64,000 nt of DNA. Origin: Collinsella sp. (lineage in GTDB: Bacteria; Actinomycetota; Coriobacteriia; Coriobacteriales; Coriobacteriaceae). Below the pieces are notes generated by a model, which saw only the letters and a program-made list of their open reading frames with translations, did not search any database and was not told the DNA's origin. The DNA lies in assembly GCA_019414325.1 (NCBI GenBank), contig DXMG01000003.1, positions 28,271-92,270 of the forward strand. Direction: 5' to 3'. Positions 10,119-18,493 of the stretch are shown piece by piece (positions within the stretch are counted from its first letter, which is position 1; each line of letters starts with the position of its first letter). The position numbers were made by a program, and so were the translations under genes.

Positions 10119-10997
10119 GTGATGGACATGACGGATATGACGAGGGCGGCCGTGTCGCGCCGTCACTTTTTGCAGCTGGCGGGCGCCGGCATGCTCGCGC
10201 TGACGGGGACCGCGCTTACCGGTTGCGGCAACTCCACCAGCGGCGAGGGCTCCGACAAGGGGTCCAAGCTTGCGGCCATCAAGTCGCGTGGCCATCTGAA
10301 TGCCGGCGTTAAGAAGGACGTTCCCGGCTATGGCTATTACGACACCGCCAAGGGCCGCTTTGAGGGCATGGAAGTCGATTTGTGCTACCAGATCGCCGCT
10401 GCCGTCTTTGGCGTGAGCTACAAGGATGCCCGCGCCCAGGAGCTTGTCGAGTTTACCGACGTGACGCCCAAGACACGCGGCCCGCTGATCGATAACGGCC
10501 AACTCGACGTGGTCGCGGCGACCTACACCATCACCGACGAGCGCAAGAAGAGCTGGGATTTCTCGACGCCGTACCGCACCGACTACGTGGGACTCATGGT
10601 CAAGAAGCGTTCGGGCTTTACCTCGATTGAGGACCTGGACGGTAAGGTCATCGGCGTGAGCCAGGGTGCTACCACGCAGGGCCTGATCGAGCAGATGATC
10701 AAGGACAACGGCTTTAGCTGCAAGCCCGAGTTTAGGGCCTTTAGCGGCTACCCCATCATCAAGAGTTCGCTCGACGCCGGCAATATCGATGTCTTTGCCA
10801 TGGACCGCTCCACGCTGGCCGGTTACATGAACGAGACCGTTGAGCTGCTGCAGCCCGAGGTCAAGTTTGGTGAGCAGGGCTACGGCGTGGCGACCAAGAA
10901 GGGCTGCGACCTTTCGGCCGTGGTCGATCAGGTGGTTTGCGATCGCCTGGCCGACGGCTGGCTCGACCAAGAGGTCAAGACCTGGGGTCTTGTATAG
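10119..10997 (+). CDS. amino-acid ABC transporter substrate-binding lipoprotein
   Basis: Twin-arginine-like signal SRRHFLQLAG with lipobox LTGC. SBP family-3 blocks (KDVPGYGYYD, DVVAATYTITDERKK). Confidence 0.85.
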   Translation: MMDMTDMTRAAVSRRHFLQLAGAGMLALTGTALTGCGNSTSGEGSDKGSKLAAIKSRGHLNAGVKKDVPGYGYYDTAKGRFEGMEVDLCYQIAAAVFGVSYKDARAQELVEFTDVTPKTRGPLIDNGQLDVVAATYTITDERKKSWDFSTPYRTDYVGLMVKKRSGFTSIEDLDGKVIGVSQGATTQGLIEQMIKDNGFSCKPEFRAFSGYPIIKSSLDAGNIDVFAMDRSTLAGYMNETVELLQPEVKFGEQGYGVATKKGCDLSAVVDQVVCDRLADGWLDQEVKTWGLV

Positions 10998-11022
10998 GCG
11001 CATCGTCCAAGGAAGGAATCAA

Positions 11023-11769
11023 ATGCTCGAAGGATTATTTGACGCCGACCGTTGGTCGACGACATTTCAAAACATGGGGCCCTTCTGGGAGGGCTTTGGC
11101 GTGACGCTGCAGGTGGTCGTTGCCGGTCTGTTGCTGTCGCTGGTGCTGGGCACGCTGCTGGGCGTGTTCTCTACCACTCGCTCGCGCGTGCTGCGCGCCA
11201 CAAGCCGCGTGTACGTGGAGTTTTACCAGAACACCCCGTTGCCCGTACAGGTGCTCTTTATGTACATGGCCGGTCCGCAGTTTTTGCAGGCCATAACCGG
11301 TGCCGACCAGCCGGTGCGCATCGCACCGTTCGTGCTGGGCTTCTTGGGCGTGGGCCTGTATCACGCGGCCTACATCTCGGAGGTCATCCGCACCGGTATC
11401 GAGGCGGTTCCGCGCGGTCAGATGGAGGCGGCCCAGAGCCAGGGCTTCACCCGTGCGCAGGCGTACTGGTACATCGTGCTGCCCCAGACGTTCAAGATCA
11501 TTCTGCCGCCGCTGTGTAACCAGGCGCTCAACCTGGTCAAGAATACGTCGGTGCTGGCGCTTGTGGCCGGCGGCGACCTTATGTACCGTTCCGACAACTT
11601 TGTGAGTCTGTACGGTTACCTGCAGGGATACATCGTCTGCTGCCTTATGTACTTCATCATCTGCTTTCCGCTCGCCATGCTGGTGCAGTGGCTCGAGCGC
11701 CGCTCCAAGGAGCGTCCGCGCGGCGTGAGCCTGGCCGAGCTGGGGCTCGACAACGTAGAGGAGGCCTAG
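11023..11769 (+). CDS. amino-acid ABC transporter permease
   Basis: Start trimmed from 10840 to the ATG at 11023, after the SBP stop. EAA-type loop EAAQSQGFTRAQAYWYIVLPQ. Confidence 0.85.
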   Translation: MLEGLFDADRWSTTFQNMGPFWEGFGVTLQVVVAGLLLSLVLGTLLGVFSTTRSRVLRATSRVYVEFYQNTPLPVQVLFMYMAGPQFLQAITGADQPVRIAPFVLGFLGVGLYHAAYISEVIRTGIEAVPRGQMEAAQSQGFTRAQAYWYIVLPQTFKIILPPLCNQALNLVKNTSVLALVAGGDLMYRSDNFVSLYGYLQGYIVCCLMYFIICFPLAMLVQWLERRSKERPRGVSLAELGLDNVEEA

Positions 11770-11772
11770 CGC

Positions 11773-12411
11773 ATGGAAATCTTCAACGCGACCAACCTGC
11801 TCTACATCTGGGGCGGCTTTGTTAAGACCATCGAGATCTCGGCGCTGTCGATCTTTTTCTCGCTCATCTTTGGCACGGTGCTGGCGCTCGTTAAAAGCTA
11901 TGCGCCCCGCCCATTCCGTATTTTGGTGAGCGCCTATATCGAGCTGTTCCGTTGCACGCCGAACCTGCTGTGGATTCTGTTTATCTACTTTACGGTGCAG
12001 GGTTTGGACATTGTGATTTCGACCATCGCCTTTACGCTGTTTACCAGCGCTGTTATGGCCGAGATTGTGCGCGGCGGCCTCAACTCGATTCCGCGCGGCC
12101 AGTTTGAGGCAGCGCAGAGCCAGGGCTTCGGTTTCTTTGCCACCATGCGCTACATCATTCTGCCTCAGACGTTTAAGACGATCATTCCGGCGCTGTTTAG
12201 CCAGTGCACGACCGTCATTAAGGACAGCTCGTATCTTTCGGGCATTAACGTGGCCGAGCTCATGTACACGGCAAACGTGGTGATGGCCCACGCGATCGAC
12301 CTGTCGCAGGTGCTTATGCTCTACGGCCTGGTGTTTGCGATGTACTTTGTGCTCAACTTTGGTATCTCGCTGCTGGTGAGGGCGTATCAACGCCGCATCG
12401 TAGCCGCATAG
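11773..12411 (+). CDS. amino-acid ABC transporter permease
   Basis: Paralogue of the preceding gene, with FEAAQSQGFGFFATMRYIILPQ. Confidence 0.85.
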   Translation: MEIFNATNLLYIWGGFVKTIEISALSIFFSLIFGTVLALVKSYAPRPFRILVSAYIELFRCTPNLLWILFIYFTVQGLDIVISTIAFTLFTSAVMAEIVRGGLNSIPRGQFEAAQSQGFGFFATMRYIILPQTFKTIIPALFSQCTTVIKDSSYLSGINVAELMYTANVVMAHAIDLSQVLMLYGLVFAMYFVLNFGISLLVRAYQRRIVAA

Positions 12412-12518
12412 TCCTGCTTCCCCAAGCACGGCACCTTGCCCCTCAATCGTCGCTTGCGTACATTTAGTACGCGGCGCTCCTCTTTCGGGGCAATCTCCCG
12501 CACTTGGGAAACCAGGAC
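12411..12518. repeat. long imperfect hairpin (32-nt arms) after the ABC permease operon
   Basis: GTCCTGCTTCCCCAAGCACGGCACCTTGCCCC pairs with GGGGCAATCTCCCGCACTTGGGAAACCAGGAC. An inner palindrome GCGTAC...GTACGC sits at the apex. Confidence 0.6.
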
Positions 12519-12582
12519 GGTCGTAAGTGACAAAATGGGAATCAGGAATCGCCTATTTCTCATTTGTTAGAAAGGAATCGCG

Positions 12583-13206
12583 ATGAGCGATCTGGAGAAT
12601 AAGAAGAATCCTGTGGTCATTACCATCGCGCGCGACTTTGGCGCCGAGGGCCACGAGATTGGTCGCATGCTTGCCGACGAGTTGGGGATTCCACTGTACG
12701 ATAACGAGCTGCTGGTGCGTGCGTCGCTGCGCACGGGCGAGTCGCTCGACAAGATGGCCGCTTACGACGAGCGTCTGGCCGTGGAGAACATGGCGTTTCT
12801 GCCCGACCGCTACGATGCGCGTTCGTACTCGGATAAGTTGTTCCAAAAGATGAGCCAGGTGATTTTGGATTTGGGCGAGACCGAGAGCTGCATTATCGAA
12901 GGCCGCCTGTCCGATTATCTGCTGCGCAACAACCACAACCACATTGCCGTGCTGGTGACCGCACCCTTTGAGGACCGCGTCGAGATTGTCCGCAAGAAGC
13001 GTGGTCTCAACAAAAAGAAGGGCGCCAAGCTGGTTAAACAGCAGCAGAAGGCGCGCGAGGCGTTCTATAAGCGCTACAGTGCCGGCAAGTGGAAGATGAC
13101 GAGCGGTAAGGATATCGTAGTCAACCGCGCCAAGCTGGGCCGCGAAGGCTGCAAGGACGTCATCGCCGCGGCCTACCGCTACAAGGTGGCCCAACTCGAA
13201 GGCTAA
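12583..13206 (+). CDS. cytidylate-kinase-like family protein
   Basis: VITIARDFGAEGHEIGRMLADELGIPLYDNELL is typical of the Cytidylate_kin2-like family. Confidence 0.7.
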   Translation: MSDLENKKNPVVITIARDFGAEGHEIGRMLADELGIPLYDNELLVRASLRTGESLDKMAAYDERLAVENMAFLPDRYDARSYSDKLFQKMSQVILDLGETESCIIEGRLSDYLLRNNHNHIAVLVTAPFEDRVEIVRKKRGLNKKKGAKLVKQQQKAREAFYKRYSAGKWKMTSGKDIVVNRAKLGREGCKDVIAAAYRYKVAQLEG

Positions 13207-13214
13207 CCGACCAA

Positions 13215-13251
13215 AACCACCACAAAGGGGACAGGTGCCTTTGTGGTGGTT
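13215..13251. terminator. hairpin between convergent genes (loop contains GGGGACAGG)
   Basis: 14-bp stem AACCACCACAAAGG/CCTTTGTGGTGGTT. A second hairpin AAAGTCCCCG ... CGGGGACTTT follows at about 13270-13306. Confidence 0.6.
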
Positions 13252-13333
13252 GGGGCGGCCGGTATAGAAAAAGTCCCCGCCGGGCGCGTGCTCGACGGGG
13301 ACTTTGCCGTTTGGTGGCTAGCGCTGAGGGTGA

Positions 13334-14743
13334 TTACTCGCCCAGCAGGCTCTTGGTGATGGAAGCGGCGGCCTTCTTGCCGGCGCCCATCGCCAGAATG
13401 ACCGTAGCGGCACCGGTGACGATGTCGCCGCCGGCCCAGATGCGGGGATCGGTGGTCTGGCCGGTCTCCTCGTCGGCAACGATGTAGCCCCACTTGTTGA
13501 GCTCCATCTTGCCGCCGATCTTCTTTGCGAAGGGGTTGGCGTTGGTGCCGATAGCCGAGATCGCGACGTCGCAGGGGATCTCCTCGATGGCGCCCTCGAT
13601 GGGCACCGGACGACGGCGGCCGGACTCGTCGGGCTCGCCGAGCTCCATCTTCTGGACCTTGACGGCGCACACGGAGCCGTCCTCGCCAGCGACAAACTCG
13701 AGCGGGGAGACGAGCGGCAGAACCTCGACGCCCTCGGCCTTGGCATGGTGCAGCTCGGCGCGACGGCAGGGCATCTCGTCCTCGGTACGACGGTAGGCGA
13801 TGATGGCGTGCTCGGCGCCCAGGCGCTTGGCGGTACGGACGGCGTCCATAGCCACGTTGCCGCCACCAAAGACGACGACGTTCTTGCCATGCTTGGTGGG
13901 GGTGTCGTACTCGGGGAACTTGTTGGCCTTCATCAGGTTCACGCGGGTGAGGTACTCGTTAGCGAAGAAGACGTTGGGCAGGTTCTCGCCGGGGACGTTG
14001 AGGAACTTGGGCAGGCCAGCGCCGGTCGCCACGTAGATGGCGTCGAAGCCCTGCTCGAACAGCTCCTCGGCCGTGGCCATGTTGCCCACGACGGAGTTGT
14101 ACTCAAACTTGACGCCCATGTCCTCCAGGCCGTCGATCTCGCGCTTGACGACTGCCTTGGGCAGACGGAACTCGGGGATGCCGTAGACCAGCACGCCGCC
14201 GCCGGTGAAGAATGCCTCAAAGACGGTGACGTCAAAACCGTTACGGGCGAGCTCGCCGGCGCAGGTGATGCCGGACGGGCCGGAGCCGACGACGGCAACC
14301 TTCTTGCCGTTCTTGGGGGCCATCTTGGGCGTGGAGGCGAGCTCGGGGCGGTCACCCAGGAAGCGCTCGAGCTGGCCGATGGCCACGGGCTCGGACTTCT
14401 TGCCACGGATGCACTTGCCCTCGCACTGGTTCTCCTGCGGGCAGACGCGGCCGCAGATGGCGGGAAGCATGGAGTCCTCGCGGATGGTATCGAGAGCGCC
14501 GCCGAAGTCCTTCTCGCGGATCTGCTCGATAAAGCGGGGGATGTTGATGTTGACGGGGCAGCCCTCAACACAGAACGGCTTCTTGCAGTTGAGGCAGCGC
14601 TCGGCCTCGGCCAGCGCCATCTCCTCGGTGAAGCCCTTGTCGACGGGGCGGAAGTCGCAGGCGCGCTCGGCAGCCGGCTCCTCGTTATCGGGGGTGCGGG
14701 GCGACTTCATATCGGCAACGAAACGACCGTTAACTAGTGGCAT
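13334..14743 (-). CDS. nfnB: NfnB / homotetrameric-type glutamate synthase small-subunit-like FAD, NADPH, 2x[4Fe-4S] oxidoreductase
   Basis: Cys clusters CLNCKKPFCVEGCP and CGRVCP. Dinucleotide folds VAVVGSGPSGITCAGEL and VVVFGGGNVAMD. Translationally overlaps the upstream NfnA-like gene. Confidence 0.75.
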   Translation of the reverse strand: MPLVNGRFVADMKSPRTPDNEEPAAERACDFRPVDKGFTEEMALAEAERCLNCKKPFCVEGCPVNINIPRFIEQIREKDFGGALDTIREDSMLPAICGRVCPQENQCEGKCIRGKKSEPVAIGQLERFLGDRPELASTPKMAPKNGKKVAVVGSGPSGITCAGELARNGFDVTVFEAFFTGGGVLVYGIPEFRLPKAVVKREIDGLEDMGVKFEYNSVVGNMATAEELFEQGFDAIYVATGAGLPKFLNVPGENLPNVFFANEYLTRVNLMKANKFPEYDTPTKHGKNVVVFGGGNVAMDAVRTAKRLGAEHAIIAYRRTEDEMPCRRAELHHAKAEGVEVLPLVSPLEFVAGEDGSVCAVKVQKMELGEPDESGRRRPVPIEGAIEEIPCDVAISAIGTNANPFAKKIGGKMELNKWGYIVADEETGQTTDPRIWAGGDIVTGAATVILAMGAGKKAAASITKSLLGE

Positions 14744-15573
14744 GCGCAGCTCTTTTCCTCATAGGCCTTGAGGGACTCGCCCTCTTCGGAACGGTAAGCG
14801 GCCTGGCGGGCACGAAGGTCATCCCAGTCGACCAGGGTGGCATCGAAGTCGGGGCCGTCGACGCAAGCGAACTTGGTCACGCCGCCCACCTCGACGCGGC
14901 AGCAGCCGCACATACCGGTGCCGTCAACCATGATGGGGTTGAGCGACGCGGTGATGGGGGTGTCGTATTTCTGGGCGGTGAGGGTCGAGAACTTCATCAT
15001 CGGAACGGGGCCGACGCAGAAGACCTGGCTCACGGCCTTGTCCTGCAGCAGGCGCTCCAGCGGAGCGGTGACAACGCCCTGCTCGCCGTAGGAGCCGTCG
15101 TCAGTGGTGATGTGGATGTGGTCCTCGTCGAGGAGCTCGCGGAACTGGTCCTCCATAAGCAGGAGGTCCTTGGTGCGGGCGCCCATGATGGCGTGAACCT
15201 CGTGACCGGTCTCGACCAGGTGCTTGGCGACCGGGAAGGCAATTGCCAGACCGACGCCGCCGCCAATGACGGCGCAGGGGCCCTCGGCCATCTCGGTGGG
15301 AACGCCCAGCGGGCCCACGACGTCGCGCAGCGACTCGCCGGCCTCGTAGGTGGAAAGCATCTCGGTGGTCTTGCCGATCACCATGAAGATGAACTCGACC
15401 CAGCCCTCGTCACCGTTCCAGCCGGCCAGGGTAAACGGGACACGCTCGCCCGTCTCGTTGGCGCGAACCATGAGGAACTGTCCAGCGTGCGCATGCTTGG
15501 CGATTGCAGGCGCCTCGATGCGGAACTTGAACACCTTCTCCGAGAACTGCGTCTTCTCCAGGATCTTATACAT
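14734..15573 (-). CDS. nfnA: NfnA / sulfide-dihydroorotate dehydrogenase-like FAD/NAD-binding [2Fe-2S] subunit
   Basis: 279 aa with FKFRIEAPAIAKHAHAGQFLMV, RVPFTLAG, IGGGVGLA and C-terminal CGCCRV ... FACVDGP. Confidence 0.75.
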   Translation of the reverse strand: MYKILEKTQFSEKVFKFRIEAPAIAKHAHAGQFLMVRANETGERVPFTLAGWNGDEGWVEFIFMVIGKTTEMLSTYEAGESLRDVVGPLGVPTEMAEGPCAVIGGGVGLAIAFPVAKHLVETGHEVHAIMGARTKDLLLMEDQFRELLDEDHIHITTDDGSYGEQGVVTAPLERLLQDKAVSQVFCVGPVPMMKFSTLTAQKYDTPITASLNPIMVDGTGMCGCCRVEVGGVTKFACVDGPDFDATLVDWDDLRARQAAYRSEEGESLKAYEEKSCACH

Positions 15574-15732
15574 AGAACCCCTCTCTTGTTAGGGCCGCCG
15601 AACCGTGCCTCCACGGAAATGGACGGTAGCCCGAATAAAACCGTACGCGCACAGGCGTTGTGCAGACATACGGTGCAAATTATACCCTCATGGCAATGTC
15701 GCTTACGTGTATCTTTGGCAGGCGGGAAAAGT

Positions 15733-15777
15733 GACCTGCCAAAAAGGGACAGGTTTATTTTGGTCGGTTTTATCAGG
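15733..15777 (+). repeat. GGGACAGGTTTATTTTGG-family element, copy 2
   Basis: GACCTGCCAAAAAGGGACAGGTTTATTTTGGTCGGTTTTATCAGGC. Forms an inverted pair with copy 3 about 130 bp away. Confidence 0.8.
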
Positions 15778-15786
15778 CAAAACGGC

Positions 15787-15828
15787 AAAGGGGGCCGGCC
15801 TCGCGCTTCGTTGAGGCCGGCCCCCTTT
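15787..15828 (-). terminator. strong hairpin downstream of pth
   Basis: 16-bp stem AAAGGGGGCCGGCCTC/GAGGCCGGCCCCCTTT. On the minus strand it is followed by GCCGTTTTGCC. Confidence 0.65.
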
Positions 15829-15888
15829 GGGGCGTTATGCATGTATGGTGGCAGCATGTTTATTGCGATGTATCGACTGCGGCGTTTC

Positions 15889-15936
15889 CGCAGATAAAAG
15901 CTGCCAAAATAAACCTGTCCCTAAATGGTAGGTTTT
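15889..15936 (-). repeat. GGGACAGGTTTATTTTGG-family element, copy 3 (inverted)
   Basis: The reverse complement reads AACCTACCATTTAGGGACAGGTTTATTTTGGCAGCTTTTATCTGC. Abuts the pth stop codon. Confidence 0.8.
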
Positions 15937-16570
15937 AGTGCTTCCCGTTGGCGGAAGCGGCGCCGTTTACGTGATCGCGGGCGTAGATTACGCCGTGGAC
16001 GATGGCCAGACCGGCGGCATCTGCGGCGCGGGCGCAGGTGTCCTGGAAGTCCTCGGCCTCGCGGGCGCGCAGCTGCTTGAGCACGTAGTCTGCCACGGCC
16101 ATCTTGCCGGGAGGGTTGCCGATACCGGTGCGGATGCGGCTGAAGTCGCGGCTGCCCATCTTGTCGATGATGGAGCGCAGGCCGTTGTGGCCGGCGTGGC
16201 CGCCGCCCACCTTAACACGTACGTCGCCGGCGGGAATGTCGAGCTCGTCGTGAATCACGAGTAGCTCCTCGGCCTTGATCTTGTACTCGCGGCAGAGTTT
16301 GGAGATGGGCCCGCCCGAGGTGTTCATGTACGACTGCGGCTTGACCAGTACAATCTGGCGCTTGCCGCCCTCTTCCTCGGGATCGTTGATGTTGATGAGC
16401 GCGACCTCGGCGCCTGCTTGGTTTTTCCAGTACGTGACGCCGGCCTGACGGGCCAGCTCGTCGATTGCTTTGAAACCAGCGTTGTGACGGGTCTCGGCAT
16501 ACTCCTCGCCAGGGTTGCCAAGTCCGGCAACCATGCGAATCTTAAGCGGCTGTGCAGCTGCCATGTTCAT
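15935..16570 (-). CDS. pth: peptidyl-tRNA hydrolase
   Basis: VAGLGNPGEEYAETRHNAGF and GGHAGHNGLRSI motifs. The exact start is uncertain (16570, 16564 or 16534). Confidence 0.9.
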   Translation of the reverse strand: MNMAAAQPLKIRMVAGLGNPGEEYAETRHNAGFKAIDELARQAGVTYWKNQAGAEVALININDPEEEGGKRQIVLVKPQSYMNTSGGPISKLCREYKIKAEELLVIHDELDIPAGDVRVKVGGGHAGHNGLRSIIDKMGSRDFSRIRTGIGNPPGKMAVADYVLKQLRAREAEDFQDTCARAADAAGLAIVHGVIYARDHVNGAASANGKH

Positions 16571-16677
16571 CCTTTCGTTGATTTGTCGCCTGCTATGGTG
16601 AGCGACCCTGTTGCTGCTGTCAAATGGAGGGCAATTGAGGTTATTTGAGGGCGTTTGGACGGCCGTCGAAATCGAGG

Positions 16678-16882
16678 TGGACAGTTAGTTCGGATACGTA
16701 TAAGTTCTGAGAACTCGAATTGCTCGATTCAATGCCGATACGTTGTTTTGGAGCTTTAGTTAGTCCATATGACGCTGTTTTGAAGTCTACCCTGCCTTCA
16801 AATCGGGCGAATGGTATAGAGATAACTGCAAAACAGCCTAATTCAATGTGTCCATTTATACGTATTTGAACTAACTGTCCAG
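16678..16882. mobile_element. MITE-like element A (~205 bp) with ~25-nt terminal inverted repeats
   Basis: TGGACAGTTAGTTCGGATACGTATA at 16678-16702 and TATACGTATTTGAACTAACTGTCCAG at 16857-16882. No coding capacity. Confidence 0.7.
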
Positions 16883-16914
16883 CCCTGCTCGACGGTGCAC
16901 GGGTGATTCGCCGT

Positions 16915-18042
16915 TTAGACCGGCGCAAGGCCGATTCCGGCCCGCAGGGCGTTGAGCCAAGCGGTCTGACGCTTGCGATAGCCCTTGATACGGTATCGGA
17001 ATCGGACTCCCGCGAGTCGATGCATCGTTTGGGCGAAGGCTTCGAGTGCAACAAGGTCTTTCATTTGGTCGCGATTGATAACCAGGACGTGGATGCCCAT
17101 TGCCTTGAGGCCATTATTTCGATTGCCATCGTGGATGCGAGCGTTTTGAAGCTCATGCCCAATTCCGTTGTATTCGTTGTCGACTCCGGCGGCCGGGCAA
17201 TATAGGTCGCAGATGGCGTAAGGGATGCCGGAGGACATGTTGACCGCAAGAGTGTCGAAGTCGATTCGATAGTTGAGTAGCAGGCCTCCCATGGGCAGGC
17301 TGCAACATCCGAATCCGCCAAAGCGCATGGGCGCTCCGAGAACGGCAAACATTAGGGATTCGGCTGGGGATGCAGATCCGGGTCGGGCGAGATTGACTGC
17401 CGTGCGAAACGAGGTATATGAGCTACTTTTGGCGAAGCGTGCGATCGCCTCGAGCTCTTCGATAGTTGTGGCGGGCTCGCATTTGTAGTGTGCCTGTTCG
17501 TAGCGGGTCTCGTTCTGTTGTTCGGTCGCCGACTGGTCGCCCAGGCAATCAAGATCGCTCGTCGCTGCGCAGTCATCGCCCTTGGGCCAGATGGCGTCAT
17601 AGGCAATGGGGTATGTTGCCCCGGGGGGAAGGGAGTAGGTTCCGAGCAGTTCCATGAGTAGCATCAAGGTTTTGGCGACTGATTCATTCTTGGAACAAAG
17701 CATGGCTGTCATGGCAGGAGACGTAGCGTAGATGTCGGCCTCGACGTGCATAATTGCACCTTCAGGAAGCGGAGCGGAGAGAATATGCTGAAGAAGTCGC
17801 TTGTCGGGGCGCCTGTTGTCTTCGTTTGAAACGAGAAGATCGAGCAGTTCGGAATCATCTTCATTCCAGGCGTCGAGTATCGAAAGTGCGCCAAAGTCTA
17901 TCGCGTCATTGTTGGGAATGCAGCCAGCCAAGGCCTGTGCTTGCTGTTCGCTATCAACGGAGTCCCAGGGTAGGGCAGAGTACGCCCGTCGTGCGCGACG
18001 AATTGCGCGGAGGGCGGAGAAATGTGAAATCACGGTCATCAT
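16915..18042 (-). CDS. hypothetical protein with C-terminal DUF559/Vsr-like PD-(D/E)xK endonuclease-type domain
   Basis: 375 aa. The C-terminal pattern CDLYCPAAGVDNEYNGIGHE ... HDGNRNNGLKAMGIHVLVI fits D..(E)xDGxxH ... DxxRxxxLxxxGxxVxR of DUF559. Composition looks lower in G+C than the neighbours. Inserted between prs and pth. Confidence 0.45.
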   Translation of the reverse strand: MMTVISHFSALRAIRRARRAYSALPWDSVDSEQQAQALAGCIPNNDAIDFGALSILDAWNEDDSELLDLLVSNEDNRRPDKRLLQHILSAPLPEGAIMHVEADIYATSPAMTAMLCSKNESVAKTLMLLMELLGTYSLPPGATYPIAYDAIWPKGDDCAATSDLDCLGDQSATEQQNETRYEQAHYKCEPATTIEELEAIARFAKSSSYTSFRTAVNLARPGSASPAESLMFAVLGAPMRFGGFGCCSLPMGGLLLNYRIDFDTLAVNMSSGIPYAICDLYCPAAGVDNEYNGIGHELQNARIHDGNRNNGLKAMGIHVLVINRDQMKDLVALEAFAQTMHRLAGVRFRYRIKGYRKRQTAWLNALRAGIGLAPV

Positions 18043-18204
18043 AGCTATAACGTACTAAGCTGGCGGCAGAATGCGACCGCCATACCGTTCTTTTCGCTCA
18101 GCGGGGCGCTGCGCGCCATGAACGGCTGGGTGTTATGAAATCGGTGGAATCGGTTGAGGGGATTGCAGGAAATTGAGCTCTGCCGCGAAGGTTGACGATA
18201 GCTA

Positions 18205-18408
18205 CTGGACAGTTAGTTCAGATACGTATAAGACGGCGGGCGTTCGAGGCGTTTCTAAGGGCTTTCGAGGGCGATTTGAGGGTAAATATGCGGCGGTCGT
18301 ACTCGAAAGCGATGAGCTTTGGGCAGTATGGCGTTCGCCGGGGAGCTCAGAAGGCTCAGAACGGCCTTTGGAGCTTTAAAAAAATACGTATCTGAACTAA
18401 TTGTCCAG
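18205..18408. mobile_element. MITE-like element B (~204 bp), same TIR family as element A
   Basis: CTGGACAGTTAGTTCAGATACGTATA at 18205-18230 and ATACGTATCTGAACTAATTGTCCAG at 18384-18408. The interior shares TTTGGAGCTTTA with element A. Confidence 0.7.
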
Positions 18409-18493
18409 GGAAGGTTGTCGAGGGGTAGAAAAAGGGTCGGAAGCGAGCTTCCGACCCTTTAAAAACACCAAAGATGATGAGATGCACGCTGGA

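Noticed and set aside
18173-18395. Small ORFs (68 and 67 aa) inside MITE-like element B
   Set aside because: They lie entirely within the TIR-bounded repeat. There is no equivalent ORF in element A, no RBS and no recognisable motif.
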